A model generated the notes under the pieces. That model saw only the letters and a list, made by a program, of their open reading frames with translations, searched no databases and was not told where the DNA came from. This document shows, in pieces, positions 39,750 to 48,116 of a stretch of 64,000 nucleotides of DNA; the stretch's first letter is position 1, and each line of letters opens with the position of its first letter. The position numbers were made by a program, and so were the translations under genes. Source of the stretch: a bacterium (lineage in GTDB: Bacteria; Bacteroidota; Ignavibacteria; UBA10030); NCBI GenBank assembly GCA_043803945.1, contig JAZDJN010000087.1:160001-224000 (forward strand), given 5' to 3'.

Positions 39750-40294
39750 TGTTGTTTTTCCCATTTAGCTTTCAATTTATTGCATGCACGTCTGAGCCGC
39801 TTCATCAGATTTCGGCATTCTTTAATAGAAAGACCAAGTTGTTGCGCTGTTTCCCGATAGATATGTTTTGAATTTGTCTTCTGTAGAATTGAGATAAGGA
39901 CTTCCAGCGTTGTGGCCAGGTCATCAGGCAGGTGCTTCTGAAGAAATCCAGTTAAGAGATCGGCTTCGTGTGTAGGTTGACTTTCTTCCAACACTGGATG
40001 GTCGTCTGGATTCTCATCGGCAGAGAAGTATTCATGTTTAAACTTTTTCTTCTTTCGGCCACGATCCGGCAGCATGTTGTGTTGCAGTAACCACCATGCC
40101 CACTGAACTTCTGATATGTGCTTTGATTCGTCAAAGGTTTGCATTGCCTTCAACCAGGCGTCATTAATAAGATCATGGGATTCGTCTTCCGAAATGCCGC
40201 GACTAAAAAGAAATTTGACCATCCGTTTATATTGATTCGGATATTCAGCTTCCACGATCGAAAATACTGCAGATTGTGTTTTAAGTTTAGTCAT
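39746..40294 (-). CDS. Sigma-70/ECF-like protein
   Basis: SHDLINDAWLKAMQTFD (region 2-like); YRETAQQLGLSIKECRNLMKRLRR (region 4 HTH). Confidence 0.75.
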   Translation of the reverse strand: MTKLKTQSAVFSIVEAEYPNQYKRMVKFLFSRGISEDESHDLINDAWLKAMQTFDESKHISEVQWAWWLLQHNMLPDRGRKKKKFKHEYFSADENPDDHPVLEESQPTHEADLLTGFLQKHLPDDLATTLEVLISILQKTNSKHIYRETAQQLGLSIKECRNLMKRLRRACNKLKAKWEKQQ

Positions 40295-40931
40295 GACCTT
40301 TATCTAAATATATGCAGTCACCCCCCCAATTTGCCATTATCCTTCAGCCGGGCAGCGAGATAAAATAGCAGCCGGGATTGTCCCAAAGGTGCGAATGACC
40401 TGACCAATTCGATAGTGTGCAGAATGTGGTAGGTAAGATTATGTTTTTCACCCCGGTCATTTTCCGAATGCGCAAAGAACATAGAAAACCCTCCCTCAGT
40501 AGTTAGAGTTATATGTATCCATCCTTCGTGTGCTAATTTTTATCATTGATGTAATAACCAGCGATCGCAATGGATGCGTTCAAGTCGGCACTGTGCGCTG
40601 GTTATACAGTGGTGTGATGGGATAATGTTATCCTTTTCAGACTTCAATAGCAATGCAAGGATTCCTATGATAAAGGTTTCCTTCTCCCCCGATCTCACTT
40701 GGATGAAGGAAACCTTTTACTCATGCCCTCGTGCTCTCTCCACGCAATGTATACCCAATCCTGTTCATCCTGTCTATCGATGTTCTCACCCCCTCACTCT
40801 TTCTCCCCCTCTCCCCCTCGTACACTCACACCCTCTTACCCTCTATCTACTCCCCTCATTGCCCTCTTCTTCAATTTTCTGTATCTTCTTATTATTACTA
40901 TTGGCCGAACATCAATAATTGGATATTCCGT

Positions 40932-42323
40932 ATGACACCTGAACAACTCTGGAGCGGACGTTTTAAGGAATTGCTCTCTGCCACCGCTTTGAATTTCTCT
41001 TCCTCCATCGATCTCGATAAAAAACTCTACCATGAAGATATCGCCGGCAGTATTGCGCATGTCGAAATGCTTGCGGCAACACATATCCTTTCCGCTACCG
41101 AAGCAAGAAAGATCCGCACAGCACTGAAGCAGATTCAGAAAGATATCGAACTCGGGAAATTCAAGCTGACCAGTGAGTATGAAGATGTGCACAGCGCCAT
41201 CGAGCTGAAGCTGATCCAAAAAATTGGACCGCTGGGCGGCAAGCTTCATACCGGACGCAGCCGCAACGATCAAATCGCCCTCGATGAGCGATTGTACCTC
41301 CGTTCGGCCATCAAAGATATCTGCCGGCTTCTTGTGCAGCTCCAGAGGGTCCTTCTGTTCAAATCGGAAAAATATTTTGGCGTATTGATGCCTGGATATA
41401 CGCATCTCCAGCGTGCACAGCCGATCCTTCTTTCACATCACTTGCTGGCTTATCTGTGGATGCTTGAGCGCGACTATGAACGTCTGCAAGATTGTCAGAA
41501 GCGTTTGAATAAGTCTCCCCTTGGCGCAGCCGCATTGGCAGGAACCTCGTTTCCGATCGATCGTGCAAGGGTCGCCAAGAAATTAAATTTTGCCGGTATC
41601 GTCGAAAACAGTATCGATGCCGTGAGTGATCGTGATTATCTTATCGAGTTTGTCGCCGCATGCTGCATCTTGCTAACACACCTGAGCCGGTTTGCTGAAG
41701 AACTGGTCTTGTGGACATCCAAGGAGTTTGGATATGCTCATATGAGCGATGCTTACACGACAGGCAGCAGTATCATGCCGCAAAAAAAGAATCCCGACAT
41801 GGCCGAGCTTGTCCGGGGAAAGACAGGCCGGGTCTATGGCGCCCTTGTCAACCTTCTTACCCTTATGAAGGGATTGCCGCTGGCCTATAACCGGGATATG
41901 CAAGAAGATAAATTTCCAATGTTTGAAACGGTGAGCACAACGCGTCACTGCCTGGCAATCTTCGCACAGATCCTCGTTCATACAACGTTTAACAAGAGAA
42001 AAATGGAGGAGGAGCTACAAAATGATTTCCTCACGGCAACCGATCTCGCTGATTATTTGGCAAGAAAAGGAATCCCGTTCCGTGAAGCATACGCGATCAC
42101 CGGAAAAATTGTCTCCTACTGTATCGAGCGCCGGATGTACTTCGGCAATCTCGATCTCGAAGCGCTGCGGATATTCTCCCCTGCTTTTGGACCGGATGTC
42201 TTCGAAGTGCTCCTCCCACACAACAGCGTGGAGCAGAAAAAATCAGCAGGAAGCACATCACCGCAGGAAGTAAAGAAGCAGATTATTCATTGGATTCGGG
42301 TGCTTAAAGGACGGAAGGGATAA
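40932..42323 (+). CDS. argH: Argininosuccinate lyase
   Basis: LWSGRF, HTGRSRNDQ, MPGYTHLQRAQP, GSSIMPQKKNPD, YNRDMQEDK. Confidence 0.98.
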   Translation: MTPEQLWSGRFKELLSATALNFSSSIDLDKKLYHEDIAGSIAHVEMLAATHILSATEARKIRTALKQIQKDIELGKFKLTSEYEDVHSAIELKLIQKIGPLGGKLHTGRSRNDQIALDERLYLRSAIKDICRLLVQLQRVLLFKSEKYFGVLMPGYTHLQRAQPILLSHHLLAYLWMLERDYERLQDCQKRLNKSPLGAAALAGTSFPIDRARVAKKLNFAGIVENSIDAVSDRDYLIEFVAACCILLTHLSRFAEELVLWTSKEFGYAHMSDAYTTGSSIMPQKKNPDMAELVRGKTGRVYGALVNLLTLMKGLPLAYNRDMQEDKFPMFETVSTTRHCLAIFAQILVHTTFNKRKMEEELQNDFLTATDLADYLARKGIPFREAYAITGKIVSYCIERRMYFGNLDLEALRIFSPAFGPDVFEVLLPHNSVEQKKSAGSTSPQEVKKQIIHWIRVLKGRKG

Positions 42324-42433
42324 CTCAAGATAAGGTATATATGCAGATTTACTTACCCCTAGTTTGTTGATTCCTGTATTGTTTTACTATCACAAATTGC
42401 CGATATTTTATCCGAATCAATTACGGACTCTCC

Positions 42434-42640
42434 ATGAACGAAATTATTTTTCTTGTAGAAGATGCCCTCGAAGGAGGGTTTACTGCGCGTGCTCTTGGTG
42501 TCTCTATTTTCACCCAGGGTGATAGTCTTGAGGTTCTTTATAACAATATTCGTGAAGCAGTGCTCTGCCATTTTGACGAATCTGATACACCAAAAATAGT
42601 CCGGGTGCACTATGTCCGCGATGAAATTCTGGCCCTATGA
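42434..42640 (+). CDS. hicB: HicB-like antitoxin (short form)
   Basis: IIFLVEDALEGGFTARALGVSIFTQGDS.E.L..NIREAV.CHF; overlaps hicA. Confidence 0.8.
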   Translation: MNEIIFLVEDALEGGFTARALGVSIFTQGDSLEVLYNNIREAVLCHFDESDTPKIVRVHYVRDEILAL

Positions 42641-42879
42641 AACTCCCACGCGATATTTCAGGTGAGGAGCTTTGCCGCACGCTGAGTATATTCGGGTATA
42701 AAGTCACTCGACAGAGCGGAAGCCACGTCCGTCTGACCACGAGCCAGCATGGAGAACACCATCTCACAATTCCACTTCATAGGTCACTTCGCATAGGTAC
42801 ACTTGCTGCTATCCTCTCTGATGTGGCAAACCATTTTGACATTCCTCGTGATGAATTGGTTCATAAACTGTTTCAATAG
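42637..42879 (+). CDS. hicA: HicA family mRNA interferase toxin
   Basis: MKLPRDISG...GY..TRQSGSHVRL...TIP.H..L.IGTL..IL. Confidence 0.9.
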   Translation: MKLPRDISGEELCRTLSIFGYKVTRQSGSHVRLTTSQHGEHHLTIPLHRSLRIGTLAAILSDVANHFDIPRDELVHKLFQ

Positions 42880-42917
42880 TCTGTGAAATAAATTCCGCAT
42901 TCAACATTCGCCATTCC

Positions 42918-44585
42918 TCATTTTCCAAATCCCGGTCCCCGAATCACTCGGCCCGGCCGATTCTCTGTTACCTTTCCCTGTTCCCAAACAATCGATCCGT
43001 TGACGAACACATGTTCAATTCCAACGGAGTACTGGTGGGGATCAATAAATGTTGCTTTATCAATAACGGTGTTTGGATCGAAGATCACAACGTCGGCGAA
43101 GAACCCGGTTTTTACCAATCCGCGCTCCTGAATACCGAATCGTGCAGCAGGAAGCGAGGTCATCTTTCGGACTGCTTCTTCAAGTGAGAGAAGTTTTTCC
43201 TCGCGGACATATTTTCCGAGGATGCGCGGGAAGCTCCCGTAAGCGCGGGGATGTGGTTTTCCCTTGCTCAGCGGGCCGTCGGTTGCCCGCGCAGAGGCAT
43301 CTGTACAGAAACTGATCCACGGCTGCCCCATGCCCATTTTTAAATCCTCCTCGTTCATCGCAAAGACAACGCGTGAGGTTCGAGCCGAATCAGCAAGGAG
43401 CAAATCGAACACCGTCTCAATTGGGTCTTTCTTCCAGAGTGCGGAGAGTTCGGTGATGCGTTTTCCTTCAAACTGTTTCAACTCGGGATTGTTAATGGTC
43501 GATAGCATCATGCTCTGAAAGTCGGGACCTTTGTTACGGTTACGCGCCTGAATTTCCTTCCGCATTTTTACCCGTGTTTGAGGATCCTTAAGTCGTTCAA
43601 GAATTTTCTCGGTTCCACCTTCGCGGGCCCAGCTGGGAAGAAGCGAACCGACATCATTCCCAAACGCTGTATATGGATATTGATCTGCTGTGATATCGAG
43701 GCCTTGCTCACGCTGGTGTTGAAGCAATCGAACAACTTCGGACATGCGTCCCCAATTCTGTTGTTCTGCAACTTTCAAGTGCCAGATTTCAACAGGAATG
43801 TTTGCCGCGCGGCCAATATCTGCCGCCTCGTGCACAGCTTCGATGATCTTCTCCTGTTCACTGCGGAGGTGCACAAAAAATGTCCCTCCATATTCTGCTG
43901 CCGCCTTTGCCAGTTCGATCAGTTCAGGAGTTTTCGCATACATTGCAGGAGCATACTCCAGCGCGGTGCTAAGCCCCATAGCGCCTTGTTTCATCGCATC
44001 TCGTACAAGCTGTTTCATCTGTTCCAATTCCTGCGGTGTTGGCGCACGATCTTCAAAGCCTATGACATATTCCCTTACCTGAGCTGCCCCAACCAACGAA
44101 CCAAGATTCAATGTAGATTTTGTTTGTTCAACCCGTTTGAAATACCCTTCGTAATCTTTCCAATCAACCGTAAGGTTGTATTCATCCAGGAATGGTTTCA
44201 TTTCTTTCACAATGCGTTCATTGACCGGCGCTGGAGATTCCCCTTCGCCATTTACTTCAGTGGTAATGCCCTGGGATATCTTGCTCATGGCACGGTTATC
44301 AATGAGGATATAGTATTCCGACTGCCCGAGAATATCGATAAATCCAGGGCAGACAATTTTTCCGGCGGCATCGATTGTTTTCTTCGCCTGTGCGGCGCTG
44401 AGTTTTCCAATACTGACAATTCTATCACCGCGGATACCAACGTCACCCCGGTACCATGGATTGCCGGTTCCATCAACGATGGTTCCATTGGTAATGAGAA
44501 TGTCGAACTGGTCACGGTCTGAAGACTGACATGCAGCAAAGAGAATGGCGAAAAGCGCAAGAAAAATCCGAGGCGTGCTGTTCAT
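42918..44585 (-). CDS. N-acyl-D-amino-acid deacylase (D-aminoacylase) lipoprotein
   Basis: IVDGTG, PGFID, QGITTE, HLRSE, KPHPRAYGSFPR, FADVVIFDP; lipobox FAA-C from 44585. Confidence 0.92.
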   Translation of the reverse strand: MNSTPRIFLALFAILFAACQSSDRDQFDILITNGTIVDGTGNPWYRGDVGIRGDRIVSIGKLSAAQAKKTIDAAGKIVCPGFIDILGQSEYYILIDNRAMSKISQGITTEVNGEGESPAPVNERIVKEMKPFLDEYNLTVDWKDYEGYFKRVEQTKSTLNLGSLVGAAQVREYVIGFEDRAPTPQELEQMKQLVRDAMKQGAMGLSTALEYAPAMYAKTPELIELAKAAAEYGGTFFVHLRSEQEKIIEAVHEAADIGRAANIPVEIWHLKVAEQQNWGRMSEVVRLLQHQREQGLDITADQYPYTAFGNDVGSLLPSWAREGGTEKILERLKDPQTRVKMRKEIQARNRNKGPDFQSMMLSTINNPELKQFEGKRITELSALWKKDPIETVFDLLLADSARTSRVVFAMNEEDLKMGMGQPWISFCTDASARATDGPLSKGKPHPRAYGSFPRILGKYVREEKLLSLEEAVRKMTSLPAARFGIQERGLVKTGFFADVVIFDPNTVIDKATFIDPHQYSVGIEHVFVNGSIVWEQGKVTENRPGRVIRGPGFGK

Positions 44586-44637
44586 AGAAAAGAATCCCCT
44601 GTGATGTGAAAATGAATGGGTTGTCCTGCTTTTGAGC

Positions 44638-45219
44638 TTATGAGAAGAGATTCGAGTTATAAATTTCCAATCCAGCAAATATGAAAAAGAGGAAGAGTGT
44701 AACAATGCTTGCTTTGGTAGAATCGAGCCGCTCTGCATTCTTCATTCCAAAATAACAGACGACACCGGGCATACCCCACGCCATGCCGATCACTTTGGAC
44801 CCAAGATTGACATATTGAATGATCTCTGCATATTCAGCAAGAAGCCCTGTGATGGTAACTAGCGTGAGGACGAATGAAAGGAGGGAGACAACTACCAAAG
44901 GGGCCGCTGCGATCCCAACATAGCCGAACGCATGAGGAAACTCCCCGTGTCCGCCCAGCGGGATGGAAAGAAGATGGAACAGTAGAGAGACGAAGACCCA
45001 GGTAAGATAGATAATTAATGCGGCAGCAATGAAGGCAACAATACCAACCATAAAGGATTGAGCGGCAAAATAGCCGGAGACAGAAGAATTTACTCCAGAA
45101 ATCGCGGCATACAGTGAGACAATGAGAAACGCTTCGCCGACATGGGGAGAGTCATGAAGGTCATGCGTTGCGTAGTCCGGTTCAAGGAGTATAACAAAAA
45201 AACGTCGAAGGAAATTCAT
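44638..45219 (-). CDS. Yip1 family membrane protein
   Basis: ILLEP.. start, five TM helices, LGG.G.F...GY...AP pattern. Confidence 0.75.
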   Translation of the reverse strand: MNFLRRFFVILLEPDYATHDLHDSPHVGEAFLIVSLYAAISGVNSSVSGYFAAQSFMVGIVAFIAAALIIYLTWVFVSLLFHLLSIPLGGHGEFPHAFGYVGIAAAPLVVVSLLSFVLTLVTITGLLAEYAEIIQYVNLGSKVIGMAWGMPGVVCYFGMKNAERLDSTKASIVTLFLFFIFAGLEIYNSNLFS

Positions 45220-45288
45220 GTATGTGTTAATACTTTGAGTGTTTCAATGAAGCATTCTCATTTATGGTACTTCAATTGATGCTGATAA

Positions 45289-46206
45289 TCAAGCTACCCC
45301 TGTTCTTCGCGTGGAACGATCGACAACCTTTTCCCATACTCTTGTCAGCATCGGTGTCAATGCCAGGGCAACAAATGCAACAGCTACTCCAATAACCGCA
45401 TCGGTGACATAGTGATACCGACCATAGAATGTGGAAACGTACAGCGATATGACGACGGGTGCCAACAAATAAAACGATGGTCGATGATACCGATATGCCA
45501 TCATCCACATGATGGTTGCTGCTGCGCAATGGGGACTTGGTATGGTTCCACCCACATAGTGGAGTTGTGAGCGCATAAGCTCACCAAGGTACGTAAAGAC
45601 ATATCCATTGAGGGGGACCGTATAGAGCGATCCGATGGTTGGAAGCGGGCCTGCCACGGGAAACAGAATGAAGCCAATGTCGCAGAGGATATTGGTAAAT
45701 CCAAGTGTGAAGAAATATTCCTCCATCGGCAATTCGCCTCTGAGATAATAAATAATACCGCAAAGCACAGGGTACATTGGCACATAAATGACATACGAAA
45801 ACATCATCCACTCTGTAAGCCCCGGTGAGATAAACCGTTCAAGCCAGAGCGTCGGTTGGACACCGAAGATGGCTTCTTCGGCATGAAGTACTGTCGAATC
45901 AAGCCACCGGCCATGAAGAATAAGTTGAAGCTTGTCGACCGCACCGAATAGATATGCGTAGGTGAGTGTTATAGCGGCAACGCGAAGAAAAAATTTCCAA
46001 AATTTGTGATTCACCCGCTGGGCAAAGTAGTTGAAGGCAAGATAAGCGCCGGCAACGGCAATATTTTTCAGAATCAGAATCCACCACTGCTCGACCCTTG
46101 CTGCAAACAGCAATGCAAGGATACTGAAAAAGGCCAAGGTTGCAAGTATGAGTCCATCTGTTGCTTTTAACTGCAGTGTTCCGTGTTGTATCGTTTTATT
46201 TGTCAT
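45289..46206 (-). CDS. PAP2 superfamily protein (Aur1/IPC-synthase-like, PAP2_3)
   Basis: FPVAGP, IPSPHCA, STFYGRYHYVTD catalytic motifs; multi-TM. Confidence 0.85.
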   Translation of the reverse strand: MTNKTIQHGTLQLKATDGLILATLAFFSILALLFAARVEQWWILILKNIAVAGAYLAFNYFAQRVNHKFWKFFLRVAAITLTYAYLFGAVDKLQLILHGRWLDSTVLHAEEAIFGVQPTLWLERFISPGLTEWMMFSYVIYVPMYPVLCGIIYYLRGELPMEEYFFTLGFTNILCDIGFILFPVAGPLPTIGSLYTVPLNGYVFTYLGELMRSQLHYVGGTIPSPHCAAATIMWMMAYRYHRPSFYLLAPVVISLYVSTFYGRYHYVTDAVIGVAVAFVALALTPMLTRVWEKVVDRSTRRTGVA

Positions 46207-46232
46207 ATTCTTCTATCAGGAACTTGAGTGCT

Positions 46233-46967
46233 TTAATGAACATAACAGATGTAGAAGTCGAGCGAGATACCGAGCAGCCAGTGTGTTATGATAAGTACCA
46301 GAAGAGAACGTGTACGAAAAGCAACCACGCCCCATACCAACGCCCCAAGAATCGAACTGTAAATTTCCCCGCTGGGCTTTCCAATATGCAGAATGCATGA
46401 AAAAGCAGTCTGGATAAGAAGAGCATTCCAATCGCCAAGCTTTTCTCTCAGCCCGAATTGCATAAACCCGCGGAAATAGGTTTCCCACCCGATATAGAAA
46501 AAGAGATAGGCAAATGCGTGGGAGAGAAACATTGCCGGAGAAGAGCCTGCTGTTTTATTCAATGGATATTCAGCAAGAAAGTCGGGCATCTTCGACGAAG
46601 GGTATGTTGCCAGAACCATTATCGGCCCGAGGACCAATAACGCCTTGAGCCCATACCGCCAATCGCCAAGCTGAATACCGTAGGCACTGAGCGGTTCCTT
46701 GAAACCATACTTAATGATCAGGAGAGGAATAACGCCCAGAAGAAAAAAGCTGCTGAAAAATGTGTAGAGGGCTGCTGTCTGTTCGGGATTTTGAAACAAG
46801 GTAATTGATGACGATAACTGTTCCATGTAGAACGGTTTTGTCCCGTAATACTTGTAGGTCGTAAGCAGAATTGGTGTCAGCAGCAAAATCAGGGTAGGCT
46901 TCCGGTTGTCTCCGCTGAATAATCCGGAAAAAGAAGCCGGGGTCAATGACTGTTCAAAGCGGTTCAT
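46233..46967 (-). CDS. CPBP (CAAX/Abi) intramembrane glutamic protease
   Basis: WETYFRG, LHIGKP..E, RTRS....THW. Confidence 0.85.
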   Translation of the reverse strand: MNRFEQSLTPASFSGLFSGDNRKPTLILLLTPILLTTYKYYGTKPFYMEQLSSSITLFQNPEQTAALYTFFSSFFLLGVIPLLIIKYGFKEPLSAYGIQLGDWRYGLKALLVLGPIMVLATYPSSKMPDFLAEYPLNKTAGSSPAMFLSHAFAYLFFYIGWETYFRGFMQFGLREKLGDWNALLIQTAFSCILHIGKPSGEIYSSILGALVWGVVAFRTRSLLVLIITHWLLGISLDFYICYVH

Positions 46968-46975
46968 GGAATTCC

Positions 46976-47989
46976 CTATGATCGTTTGGTGCGCTGTTCA
47001 AGAATCCATCGATAGGTAATGCGAACCCCCTCCCGGAGCGGTGTAATCTTATAGCCAAGCTCGCTCTCCGCTTTCGCACACGAATAGGCCCAGTCCTGTA
47101 AAAATGTTTCAACCCACCCCGGTGTGATTTGCGGATAGAAACCAAGCCATTCCGCTTTTTTCTTCTCAATCCTTCCATAGAGCAGAGCTGCCCAGGGAGG
47201 GAGGTTAAATTGCACATGCCGTTTACCGCTGACCTCGTCAACAATTCTGAATAACTGTGCGAGTGTGGCATTTTCTCCGCCAAGGATGTACCGTTCACCA
47301 ACCCTTCCCTTCTCCATTGCCAGAATTTGTCCCTGTACCAGATCGTCGACCAGCACGTAATTACCAACATCTTTGCCGCCGTTCAGTAACACTGGCACCT
47401 TGCCCCGGTCGTACATATCGATCATCAGGCTAACGGAGTTGCCCTCGGTCAGTTTTCCGGGACCATAGACCCGTGCCGGATTTACAATAACAACTGGCAA
47501 GCCATTTGCGGCATAGTTGAGCGCTTCTTTTTCTGCCAGCGCTTTACTGTGTTCATATTCGGTGTAATAGTGCTGCGTAATGCGGGGCATGTCTTCATTG
47601 CCGATGACACCCGGCGCTGTCGGCCCGAATGTCACAATCGTTGAGGTAAAAACAATTCTTTGCACACCGGCCATTTTCGCGGCTTCGAATACATTCTTCA
47701 TACCATCGACATTATGTCGGAAAAAGACCGATGGATCCTTCGCCCAATTCTTTGCATAGGCGGCAAGATGGTAGACTTGCTGGCAACCCTTCATCCCTTT
47801 CAGCAATGATTCACGGTCCATAATATCGCCTGAGACAAAATGAATACGTTCATGCGATAGACCTTCCTTGTTGCTCGTACTCCGGGTTAATGCATGGACA
47901 GTATGCCCCTGCCGAACAAGCTCATTGACAAGTTTTGTGCCGATAAACCCTGTAGCACCGGTTACGAACACCGTTGATGGATTTGCCAT
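46976..47989 (-). CDS. Extended SDR / NAD-dependent epimerase-dehydratase (HpnA/DFR-like)
   Basis: VTGATGFIG, YHLAA, YEHSK, VNPARVYGPG, GRVGERYILGGEN. Confidence 0.9.
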   Translation of the reverse strand: MANPSTVFVTGATGFIGTKLVNELVRQGHTVHALTRSTSNKEGLSHERIHFVSGDIMDRESLLKGMKGCQQVYHLAAYAKNWAKDPSVFFRHNVDGMKNVFEAAKMAGVQRIVFTSTIVTFGPTAPGVIGNEDMPRITQHYYTEYEHSKALAEKEALNYAANGLPVVIVNPARVYGPGKLTEGNSVSLMIDMYDRGKVPVLLNGGKDVGNYVLVDDLVQGQILAMEKGRVGERYILGGENATLAQLFRIVDEVSGKRHVQFNLPPWAALLYGRIEKKKAEWLGFYPQITPGWVETFLQDWAYSCAKAESELGYKITPLREGVRITYRWILEQRTKRS

Positions 47990-48116
47990 GGTACTCTGCG
48001 ATTGGTATAAAGATGCTCATCGTTGCGGATGATTGGGTTTCAACATAGGGAAAAATCCTCTGAGTCTCAAATCAGACGATTGAATCGGCAAAGTTGGCTT
48101 TAATGGATTTCCCTTC

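Noticed and set aside
40731-40931. 67-aa N-terminal extension of ArgH
   Set aside because: It translates the low-complexity pyrimidine tract; homology starts at MTPEQLWSGRF (40932).
43578-44522. 314-aa plus-strand ORF and similar long antisense ORFs
   Set aside because: Antisense to well-supported genes, with no recognisable motifs.
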